From the human T2T-CHM13v2.0 reference genome, Homo sapiens, in assembly GCF_009914755.1 (NCBI RefSeq), contig NC_060928.1: a stretch of DNA of 64,000 bases; one strand, 5' to 3'. The notes beneath the pieces are model-generated. The model saw only the letters and a program-made list of their open reading frames with translations, searched no databases and was not told the origin of the DNA. Every line of letters starts with the position of its first letter. The first letter of the stretch is position 1. Below are positions 1 through 10,900 of the stretch, one piece after another. Both the position numbers and the translations under genes were made by a program.

Positions 1-138
1 TGGCATTAGGAGAAATAACTAATGTAGATCATGGGTTGATGGATGCAGCAAGCCACCATGGCATGTGTATACCTATGTAACAAACCTGCATGTTCTGCAC
101 ATGTACCCCAGAACTTAAAGTATAATTAAAAAAAAAAG
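1..138 (+). mobile_element. LINE-1 (L1PA-type) 3' end with poly(A) tail
   Basis: The sequence 'gtatacctatgtaacaaacctgcatgttctgcacatgtaccccagaacttaaagtataat' followed by an A-run is the canonical L1PA 3' terminus. Confidence 0.92.
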
Positions 139-1140
139 AAATTTGTTTTTAATTAAGCTTTTAATCATAGAACTTGTAAAGAAAACCCTTTTGAATCTTT
201 TACTACCACATCATAGCTGGGACAAACTGCTGACGTTTTAAAAGTAACACAAATATCAAACAGAAAGAACTAGACTTAGGAACCAAACTCAGGTTTCTGT
301 AGTGAACAGGGCAGAATCTTCACATTGGGTCACCACAGCTACTCCTTCAGTTTGGCCTTGGCTAGCAAAAGGGTGACCTTTTTATGTAGATGAGACCACT
401 TACGTAAAAAAAAAGGTTTAAAAAATAATTTCTGCTAACTGGAATGCTTTTTGTTGTTGTTTATTTGTTTGTTTCTTTTTGCAGCCATAGGAGTTTTAGC
501 CAATTCAGAGGCCTTGCTCCCTACAATTTGGAACATTCCTTTGGATTTGACCAAGTCAGGAAGAGATGGGAGAAAAGTGAAACAACAACAATAAAACCCC
601 AAGCATAAACAAACAAAGAGTTAAGCAAAACAACAAATGCACAATTCATATGATTACTGAGTGTTCTAATGGTAAGGAGAAATTAAAAGCAGAAATTAAA
701 AGCAGCTGGTGAGTAATCTTAAATTTTATTCATTAAGGAAAAATTTTAAGACAAAACTCTAATTCAGCTACTTACCTGGAAATAAGGCTCAGGCTGGTGG
801 TCGTTCTCTGCCATCTTAGAAGCTGGAAAAAACTTACACTCACCTTCCCTGTCAGAAGCAAGCTGAAACTCAGGAAAGGAGGTGCCTGCTCTCCATCATC
901 ATGGAAGCAGGAAAACTTGCCTTCTTTGTTGGAAATGAGTAAAACTTCAGAAAAGGAGTTGTACAGCAAAATCAACCTTAGTTCTCAACCAGATTTTGGG
1001 AGATCAGGGAACCTCTGCAGGGGAGAAGCTCCACAACCTCAGCAAATTATCCGTTGATTTGGGCAATAAAGATAGCCCAGGTTGGTATCAAGCAATAATG
1101 AGATTTATCAAAGGTCAGGACCACCTTTTTATGTCTTTCT
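139..1140 (-). mobile_element. Probable ERV1 (MER4-group) internal leader fragment, non-coding
   Basis: 'caaaatcaaccttagttctcaaccagattttgggagatcaggg' and the repeated 'aaacttacactcaccttccctgtcagaagcaag' resemble MER4-group internal leader sequence. Recognised from memory only. Confidence 0.45.
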
Positions 1141-1149
1141 CTGTCTTTT

Positions 1150-4100
1150 TTTATCTTTATTGGTATATACGTTTTGTCAAAACTAGGAGTGCAACACCTG
1201 CTTTTTTCTGTTTTCCGTTTGCTTGAAAGATTTTTCTCCATTCCTTTATTTTGAGCCTATGTATGGCACCGCATGTGAGATGGGTTTCTTGGAGACGGCA
1301 TACTCAAATGGGTCTTGGTTCTTTATCCATCTTGCCCCCCTGCGTCTTTCAATCAGAGCATTTAGCCCATTTCCATTTAAGGTTAGTAATGGTATGTGTG
1401 GATTGGATCCTGTCGTCATGCTGTCAGCTGGTTATTTTGCAGACTTGTGTATGTGGTCGGTTTTTAGCATCACTGGTCTGTGTACTTCGGTGCATTTTTG
1501 TAGTGGCTGGTGATGGTCTTTTCTTTCCATATTTAGTGCTTCATTCAGGAGCACTTGTAAGGTAGATCTGGTGATAATGAATTCTCCCAGCATTTGTTTG
1601 TCTGAAAAGGGTCTTGTTTCTCCTTCACTTATGATGCTTAATTTTGCTGGACATGAAATTCTGGGTTGAAATTTCTTTTCTTTTTTTTTAACCATTTAAC
1701 TCTCTAGCTCTCATTTTAACCATTTTAACTCTCTAGCGGCCTTTAACATTGTTTCTTTCATTTTGACCTTGGAGAATCTGATGATTATATGTCTTGGGGA
1801 TGATATTCTCGTGGCATATCTTACTGAAGTCCTCTGGATTTCCTGAAATTGAATGTTGGCCTGTCTGGCTAGGTTTCGGACATTCTCATGAAGGATATTC
1901 TGAAGTATGTTTTCCAAATTGGTTCCATTCTCCTCATCTCTTTCAGGTACATTAATCAGTCATAGATTTGGTCGTTTATATAATCCCATATTTCTCGGAT
2001 GTTTTGTTCATTCCTTTTCCTCCATTTTTGTCTGCCTGTTTTGTTTCAGAAAGCCAGTTTTCAAGCTCTGGGATTCTTTCCTCTGTTTGGTCTATTCTGC
2101 TGGGTGGTCTTGCACATGAGATGGAGCTGTTCTGACCTCAGCCCTCCTTAGTCTGCTTGCCTCTCCCAGGACCCCAGCCTGGCCACACCTGCTTACAGGG
2201 CAATATCGGGTGCCCACACACACTACAATAATTTTCATAATGCAATCACACATAATCACCATGTGACTCCATTATGAAAATTCTTGTAGTGTGCTTTTCA
2301 GCTCTATTAGGTCGGTTATGTCTTCTTTATACTTGCTATTTTGTCTGTTAGCTCCTGCAATGTTTTACAATGATTTTTAGCTCACTTGTATTGCATGACA
2401 ACATACTTCTTTCACTCAGTGAACTTTGTTCCTACGCATATCCTGAACCCTGCTTGTATCATTCCAGACATCTCAGCCTCAGCCCAGTTCTGAACACTTG
2501 CTGGAGAGTTGATGCAGTCATTTGGAGGAAAGAAGGCATGCTGACTTTTTGAGTTTTCAGTGTTCTCACACAGATTCTTTCTCATCTTTATGGGCTTATC
2601 CACCTTCCATCTTTGAGGTTGCTGACCTTCGGACAGGGTATTTTTGTTTTATTGTATTTGATGATCTTGAGGGTTTCATTGTGGTATAAGGTGGATTCAA
2701 CCAACTGGCTTTGTTTTTGGAGGATTTTGGGGAGGCCAATGTGCAGCTCCCAATTCCTGGACTGTGTGCTTTAACTCTAGGGAACTTGTCTTAGGCCCCA
2801 ACTTTGTTCTCTGGCTCCTCGAGGTTTGGAGTCCACTGCACTGAGGGGACCGAAGTGTGGCAACTGTGGCGGAATGCTAGTGGATGCAAAATTCCCTTCC
2901 TCCCTGCGGGCGTTCACCCAGTGGTGGAGGCAAGACAGCTGGGGTGTGGGCCAGGGCTCCCCTGCTGTGTGTGTGTTGCACTGGAGGTAGTGTTGGTTCA
3001 GGGTGAGCTGCTGGCCAGTGCAGACCATGGTGCCTTCTCTGTGCCCCTCAAAGAAACAGTGGTCGCTCAGGGTATAAGAATGTCCCTTTTTCTCTGCACA
3101 GCATTAGGTCAAGGGTGAGGTGCTGGCAGGGATGGGGTTCTTGGTTCTGTGCCCACCAAGGCTCTGTCTTCAATGGCAGTTGGTGTGGGTTGGTGTGTGT
3201 GCTGCACTCCCGTGTGCTGTCAGGGCAAGTACAGCAAAACCCACCTGTGTAAACACACACAGCAAAGTGATGTAGGAAGTTTCCATATAAAGGGCTGCAG
3301 CATGGAGAGGTAATGTGCAGACTGGTGCGTGGCTGTTGGGGCCACCTTGCTGCAGCTCTCCACTGATCAGCTACGGTCCACTAGCACGGAAGCTATGCTG
3401 TGGGCATCCGAGAGTGCCCTGTAAGCAGGTGTGGCCAGGCTGGGGTCCTGGGAGAGGCAAGCAGACTAAGGAGTGCCCCATCTCATGGGCAAGACTGCCC
3501 AGCAGAGATCAGGTCTCAGAGGAGAACTCCCTCAAAAGTGAACCCCCAGCACAGCATAGCTGCTTTACACAAACATGGCCAGTCTTCTTTTTTAAGCAAG
3601 TCCCCTTTTTTAAGAGGGGAACTCTCTGACCTGATCTCTGCTGGGCAATCTTGAACATGAGATGGGGCTGATCTGAGCTTAGCATTTCTAAAGTGCTGGG
3701 ATAAAGTGTCTCACAAGGGCAAGTGGAGCCTAGAGAGATAGCTGTCCCTGCCCTCTGGGCTCCACATCACCTGACTTGCTGCTCCAGCACTCTGCTTGTC
3801 TCCTGGGTGCTCCATCCCGGAGAGATGTGAGTTAGCAATCACTTAGCGTAATCAGCCCAGGATGGAGGGTCTGTGTTGTAAGCCCAAGCCAGGGTTCCCT
3901 CTCTGGTGATGAGCAGTGTGGGGTGTGTGGTACCCGTGGGAGATGGACTGGCTTGTTCGTTGGGTCAACTGCAGCTTATTGGAGGTGTCGATATGGCACT
4001 TAGGGTCTTTGCTCCCTTGATATTCTGAGGGTAGCAAGGGCAGTTCCACTGCAGAGACAGTGGCAGAGGGAATTTCATTTGCTCCTGGAAGCTCTGTCCA

Positions 4101-5092
4101 GGGAATTGCTGAGTTGCTACTGGCTTGATAGCTCCAATGGTGGACTGGCTGGAGACCCAGGCCAGGAGGACTTGTCCATCAAGTAGACTGTCCGGCCACT
4201 TTCCTGTCAGGCTGCTGTGGTATGCTGGGGGTCCCTCCAGTCCCTATTTGCCTTGTATTTTCCAGGGAAGATGATAGCCTGCCCCTTCCTCTGGGAGCTC
4301 TGGGCCACTGAGGTACGAACTTGTTGCCTATATGAACACACCTATAAGATATGACTGGAGACAAGTTGAGAAGTCTTATCTAGTCAGGAGGAACAAGAAC
4401 AGGGACTTGCTTAAAAAAAAGTCTGGCCACGTTTTTCTAGAGCAGCTGTGCTATGCCGGGGGTTCACTTCCACACCTTGTCGCCTCAGACACTCTGAAGC
4501 CCTAAGGCTGAAATGGCTGAGTTGCCCCAACAGCAAAGATGACAGTCTGGTCCTCCCCCTGGGAGCTCTGACTCAGGGAGGCCTGAAACCTCTGTCGGCC
4601 AGAGAACAGCAGTGAAGGTAGCTGGAGACCCTGGTTGAAAGGCTTCACCCACTGATTAGAAATGTGTTCGGGGACTGACTTAAACAAGAGTCTGGCCACG
4701 TTTTTGTAGTGTGGCTGTGCTGTGCTGAGGTTCCTCTTCCACCCCTTGTCACCTTGGGGTTTCCAAATCTCGCAGTCCAGAATGGCTAGTCACCCAAACA
4801 GCAAAGGTGGTGGCCTGCCCCTCTCTCTGGGAGCTCTGTCCCGGGAACACTTCAAATTTCCATTGGCCAAGGAATGCTGGTGGCCGTAGCTGGGACCCCA
4901 GTTGGGAGGTCCTTTCCAGTGACATGCAACAGAGTCAGGGGCCTGCTTACAGAAGCAGTCTGGCCATGATTTGGTAAAGCAGCCATGCTGTGCTGTGGGA
5001 TCTCTTCTGCCCCTGGTCGGTTTGTACTCTCCAAAGCCTTCAGGCTGGAATGACCAAGTTGCCTGAACAGGAAAGATGGCGGCCTGCCCCAT
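1150..5092 (-). mobile_element. Old LINE-1 (L1PA13-16/L1PB-like) 5' portion: 5'UTR, decayed ORF1 and start of ORF2, internally rearranged
   Basis: ORF1-like peptides at 1432-1695 (FQPRISCPAKLSIISEGE..FSDKQML.EF) and 1711-1917 (ENILQNILHEN..NLARQANIQ.QEIQRT..PRHIIIRFSKV). Endonuclease-start sequence lies near 1150-1330. The GC-rich 5'UTR has ~230-270 bp tandem units at 4185-5090. Confidence 0.85.
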
Positions 5093-5465
5093 CTATTCTC
5101 TCAGAGTTCGTCTTGTTTGATGGAGCTTAATTTTTAGCCCGTTAATTTTACTGTCTACATTAGACTTGTTCTGAAAGAATCTGTTATCTTTTAGGTTAGA
5201 TATATGAGAATTCATTGTTTTCTGTAAATAAACCTGTTCATGTCTTGTTCTCTGGAAAGAAATCTCTTGCAACTCTCTGACTTTGGTCACAATCATGTAG
5301 AGCAGTAGCCAGTCTACAGTGACATAATTGAATTTCCATTTCCAGTGTTTCGTTTTTGTGTCTTACATTGTACAGTTCAGAACTGTGCATTTTATTTCCA
5401 ATTGTCAAAATGCTAAGCTGTCCACTGTATTGAAATTCTGTTTTTGTTAATTCTTCATCATTCAG
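5093..5465 (-). pseudogene. ANKRD26/POTE-family coiled-coil exon fragment (frameshifted)
   Basis: The minus strand reads LNDEELTKTEFQYSGQLSILTIGNKMHSSEL..LEMEIQLCHCRLATALHDCDQSQ, then in another frame RELQEISFQRTRHE..KTMNSHISNLKDN..KINGLKIKLHQTRRTLRE. This is colinear with the ANKRD26 motif LNEETLTQTISQYNGRLSVL..RLAAAIHD.DQS..KMNFDVSNLKDNNE..TRDALRE. Confidence 0.85.
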
Positions 5466-5869
5466 TTTTTTTTAAGATGTGCACTTTTATCCAACTTTTC
5501 TCAAGGCAGAGTACAGGTAAGCCCTGGCTGCCTCCAGCCACTCTCAGGGAGACCAAAACCCTTCATACACTCCAAGTTGGGGTACAAAAAAGGGGGGCAA
5601 TGAAGGCTAATCATTCAAAATAAAACAAAATTTAAAAGTATTAATGCAAAGATTTAAAAAATTTTGCATTATGTAATTTACACAAAAGCAATGCTATCAC
5701 CTCCCCTGTGTGAGCTCGGGAGAGGACTGGGCCATTCTCCTTAGAGAGAAGTAGGGTGGCTTTTAGGAGGGCAAGGGGCTTCCTGAAACAATGCATCTCA
5801 CAATATTTGGAATGACTATTGAAAAGAAGAATAAAGTACAGTCAAAGTCCTTGGCGACATTGTAGAACT
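5466..5869 (-). pseudogene. Beta-actin (ACTB) retrocopy, distal 3'UTR with poly(A) remnant, no CDS present
   Basis: Matches the reverse complement of the ACTB 3'UTR ('gtacaggtaagccctggctgcctcca', 'gcaatgctatcacctcccctgtgtg', 'gggagaggactgggccattctccttagagagaagt'). T-run at 5466-5473 and a mutated poly(A) signal just inside it. Confidence 0.93.
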
Positions 5870-6069
5870 AGCGGGTGCTGACCCCCGAGCCACAACCACA
5901 GTTCTGGGTTTGGGGTTTGGTAAAACCACCCCAGGGACAGAGTTCTGGGGCTGGGTTTGGGAGGAACCAAGGCGCCTCCCAGGGATGGTGTGTCACTCCT
6001 GCTTGCCATGAAATGTGCACACAGGCTGTCCCCCTGCCCATCCCATCCTGCTGGACAGGATGGAGGAAG

Positions 6070-6962
6070 TGAGGGAACAGGCAGGGTGGACAGCTGGGGT
6101 GCAGGGCGAGGCAGGTGCATGCTGGGAGGTCAGGACCTGTGAGGGCTGTGGGCTCATCAGGTGGAGTGGGCTCCAGGTTCACCCTCAGTGCACTGGGCAG
6201 GTCTCAGGCCAGGCTCCCTGGACCCCGGCTGGGTGATGTGGTCACTCCCTGGGGGACTGCTGTCAGACCCTGGCCACCCCCCCTGGGCAGCACCGTCACA
6301 TCCCAGGAATGGACTTTCTGAGTCCTGAGACAGGACAGTGCTGCCCAGGCCTGACAGACTGGGAGGACCTGTTAAGTCCTCCATCCCTAGACCAGCCAAT
6401 CTTAGAATGAGATCCATCTCATTCTAAGGCAACCAAGGCAGAGCTGAGGACCTGTGCCCAGCTGGGAGCCAGTCCTCTCCCTAAATGGGCCTTAGGGAAG
6501 CCTCATCCCTATCCCAGTGCACTGCAAGTTTCAGCCCAGGAGACACATAGGGAAGGGAGGATGGGGCCTCTCCACTGGCTGACCCTGGAAAAGCAGGACC
6601 TGGGAGAAGAGAGAGCACAGGGCTGGCAGGTGATGCTCCATGCCCATGGAGAGCTCAGGCTCCACCAAGGGGCTGCCTCTCCTGGGCTGGAGGCTGTGCC
6701 CTCTGCAGGATCTGAGGAAGTCCAGTCCTGAGATGGGACAGTGCTACCCAGGGTGGGCGGCCAGCGCCTGACAACAGTCCCCCAGTAAGTGACCACATCA
6801 CCCGGCCGGGGTCCAGAAAGCCTGGGCCAAGACCTGCTCAGTGCACTGAGGGTGCACCTGGAGCCAACCCCACCTGATGCCCCCACAGCCCTCACAGGGT
6901 CTGACCTCCCAGCATGCACCTGCCTCTCCCTGAAACCCAGCTGCCCACCCTGCCTGTTCCTT
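6070..6962. repeat. Inverted repeat, arms ~6070-6330 and ~6705-6962
   Basis: The arms are reverse complements. Opposite-strand ORFs give near-identical text (LEPTPPDEPTALTGPDLPACTCL and LEPTPPDAPTALTGSDLPACTCL). Confidence 0.9.
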
Positions 6963-7104
6963 GGCGCAAGAACTCCCAGGTCCATCCAGACACCTGCTTT
7001 GTCCACTTTTGACTGGGCCATTGAACACCACTGGGCCACGCCAACTGTCCACAGCCTCCTCGATAACATGCATTTTCCCTGACATTTCCCAGTAGTGCTC
7101 AGCA

Positions 7105-7970
7105 GCCCCCACTGACCAGGTCCCTGCTGAGCAGATTCAGCATATCAGATCCTCCCTGACCACACCCTCACTGATTAGACCCCCTTCACCAGACCTCACT
7201 AACTAGATTCCCACTGCCAGGCCCACAATGTCCAGGACTCCACTGACGAGGACCTTACTGACAAGGCCTCACTGGCAAGGCCTCACTGACCAGGTCCTTA
7301 CTTACAAGGTCTAACTGATAAGGTTCCACCGATCATGACCCCATTACCTGGTCCCACAGATGAAGCCCTACTGACCAGGCCTGCAGGGAATATGTTGCCA
7401 GTGACCAGGCCCCTGCTAACCAGGCCTGAGGTGACCAGATGCCCCTGACCAGGACCCTAATAAGTATGCCCCACTGAACAGGCATGCACTGCTCAGATCC
7501 CCGCTGACCAGGTCACCCCGTAGACCAGTGCTACAAAAGCCACCACTGATCAAGTCCTCTCTGACCAGGCCCCCACTGATTAGGTTTCCATGGACCAGCC
7601 TGCCCTGACCAGGGCCCCACTGACAAGCGCCTCTGCTGACTAGGTCCCATGTGACCAGACCTCCACTGAATAACACCCCTTGACCTGGTCACCAGTAACC
7701 CAGCCCAATCTGACAAGGCCATCACTAAGCCCCAGCTGACAAGGTCTCCAGTGACCAAGTCCCACAGCCCAGGTAGGCATTGACCAGACACCAAATATTT
7801 GTCTGCCACTAGGAACCCACTCACCAAGACCTGCACTACTAGATCCCTCTAATGAGACCCTCTCTAAGCAGACCCCTGGTGGCCACCTCCCACTAAATAG
7901 GCCTCACTGACCAAGTCCCGACTGACTAGGTCCACTGAGCAGGCCCACACTGATCAGGCCCCTCCTAACC
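7105..7970. repeat. Degenerate minisatellite, ~14-15 bp unit CCCCACTGACCAGG(C/T), copy 1
   Basis: Dozens of tandem variants of 'ccactgaccagg'. Confidence 0.9.
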
Positions 7971-10900
7971 ATATCAGAAGGCCAAGCGGCAAAGAGATGT
8001 TTCATATGGCAGGAGTAGGAGCAAGACAGAGAAAGGAAAGAGGTGTGACATCCTGTTAGGCAATCAAATCACATGAGAACTCACTATCAGGAGATCAGCA
8101 TCAAGAAGACTAACCAATGGTGAAGGATTCTCCACCCATGCCACCGCCCACTGCTTCCAGGCAGAAGCCTCCTGCAGAGGCAGAACCTCTTAGGAAACTT
8201 CCATTATGGCAGTGCAGAAGGAAAATATAGGCTTTGAGCCCCCACACAGGAGGCCACCATCCTCCAGACTCCAGATTTGTAAGCCCACCAACAGCTCATA
8301 CTCTCAGTATGGAAAAGCTACAGTCACTCAACACAAACCCAGCCCATGAGAGCAGCCATGGGGGCTAAACCCTGCAAAGCCACAGGTGCACTGTCCTAGT
8401 AGAGGTTTCCCATGAGCCTCTGCCTCTGCAGCAGGTTACTCCCACCCTCCCAACACCCTACTGACAACCTACTCCTCCCCACACTACCACCCCTTTTCCT
8501 TCCACCCAACCCCCTCCCATCCAAGATTAAATCACCTCCCACCTGACCCACCTCCAACATTAAGGATGACACGTGAGTTATATAGGGACACATAGCCAAC
8601 CCATATTATTCTGACCCTGATACCCCAGAACCTCATGTCCTTCTCACAGAGCAAAACACAACCATGCTTTTTCAAAAGTTTCCAAAAGTCTTAACTCATT
8701 CCAAATGTAAAAATTTCCAAGTCTCATCTGAGACAAGGTTACAGTCCCTTCTGCCAATGAGTCCCTGAATTTAAAAGGGATTTCTTTTCCTTCAAGGTAC
8801 AACAGGCATTGGGTAAGATTTCTCAATCCAAATGGAAGAAATTCCCCAGAAAAAATAACACAAATGCAAGTCCAAAACCCAGCAGGACAGTATTCACTCA
8901 ATCTCACAGCTCCAAAGTCATCAAGAGAACTCACTGTCATGCGGACAGCATTAAGGAGATAGTGTTTACCCATTTGTGAAGAATCTGCCCCCCTACCCTC
9001 ATCTTTCACTCCCACCCACAAAATAATCTCTCCCATTCTCCCCACAACCCTACCTCCAACACCCACTCTTCTCCATGATTAAATCACCTCCCACCAGGTC
9101 CCACCTTTAACATTCCCCACTACAATTCCACATGAGTATTGGTAGGGACACAGAATCAAATCATATTATTCTGGTTCTTGCTCCCCAAATCTTGTATCCT
9201 TGCCACACTGCAAAATACATTGATGACTTCTCTACTGCCCCCCAATGACTTAACTCATTCCAGCATTTACTGAAATGTACAAGGACTTACAGACCCCATG
9301 CAAGTCAAAAACCCAGCAGGCCAGTCATTGAATCCTACAGCTCCAAATCATCCTTTCTGAATCTACATCTCACATCTAGAGAACAGATGGCTGTGCAGGG
9401 TCTATCCCCCACAGCTGCCCTCATGGGCTGGGCTGATGTTGAGTGCCTGTAGCTTTTCCACATTAAGGGTGCCAGCTGTTGGTGGGTCTATGAATCTGGG
9501 GTCTGGAGAATGGTGCCTCCATATTTAGGGACTCCAGCCCTAAATTCTCCTTCTGTACTGCCCTAGTAAAGGTTTCCCATGAGGCTTTGCCTCTTGGAAA
9601 AGATCCTGCCTGAACACCCGGGTTTTTCCGTACATACTCTGGAGTCTAGACAAAGGCTCCCAAGCCTCTAGTTTTGTGCTCTGTGCAGCTGCTGGCTTAA
9701 CACTATGTGGAAGTCACCAAGGCTTGAAGCTTGCACCCCTGAAGCTGTGATGCAAGCTGTACCTGTGCATCTTTAAGCCATGCCTGGAACTAGAGCTGCA
9801 GGGATGCAGGCAGCAGTGTCCTGAGGCTGCACATAGAGGGGGGTCACGGAACTGGCCCAGGAAACCATTCTTCTCTCCGAGGCCCCAGGGCCTATGATAG
9901 CAAGGGCTGCTGCAAAGGTTTCTGAAATGGCTTCAAGGCCTTTTCCCTATTGTCTTGGCTATTAGCACTGGGCTCCTTTTCATGCAAATTTCTGAAGCCT
10001 TCCTCAGTTTTCCCCTGAAAATCAGATTTTCTTTCTGACCATTTGGCCAGGCTGCAAATTTTTGAGTTCTGTTTCTCATATAATATAAGAGTTGGGACTG
10101 ATTTAATGTAAGACCCATCCAGATGTCATTTCCTCAGTCACACATAAGGGCACAGGCTATTTGATACAGACAGGACATCCCTTCAGCTTTGCTGTCCAGA
10201 AGTTCATTCCATCAGATACTCAGTAAGTCATCACCCTCAAATTCAAAGTTTCAGAGATCTCCAGGGCAGGGTCACTGTGCAGCCACGTTCTTTGCTGCAG
10301 CAAAACAAAAGTAACCTTGGCTCCTGTTTGCCGTAAGTACCTCCTTTTCATCTGAGAGCTTCTCAATCTGATCCTTACTATTTTCCTATGAGCCTTCTGA
10401 TCACAAGTATTTAACAATTCTTTACAAAGATCCAAACTTTCCCTCATCTCCCTGTCTTCAAAGTCCTCCAAACTCTCCCAAACTCCATCTGCTACCCCCT
10501 TCTGAACATGCTTCTACATTATCAGCTATCTTTGTCACAGGCTGGCCATGTGGTAAAGGAAGACAAGCCCATTTCCTGGGGAAGAAGTCAAGGAGGCTTC
10601 AGATACTTGAGTGAAAAGAAGCTGAGTGCTGATTGCCAAGACTTTAGGGAGAAGACCTTGAAGACATTTAATAGATCCACTTTGCAGTCATAATTTTCTC
10701 CATGATTATAAAGAAAAGAGGTTTAATTGGTTAATGATTCTGCAGGCTGTAAGGAAGCATAGTGGCTTCTGCATCTGACAGGACTCAGGAAGCCTCCCAA
10801 TCCTACCAGAATGTCAAAGGGCAAGGAGATGTCTCATATGGCAAGAGTAGGAGCAAGACAGAGAAAGGAAAAATGTTGTCATGCCCTATTATACAAGCAG

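Noticed and set aside
5466-5869. Full actin gene or POTE-actin CDS
   Set aside because: Only the distal 3'UTR is present, with no actin coding sequence in the window.
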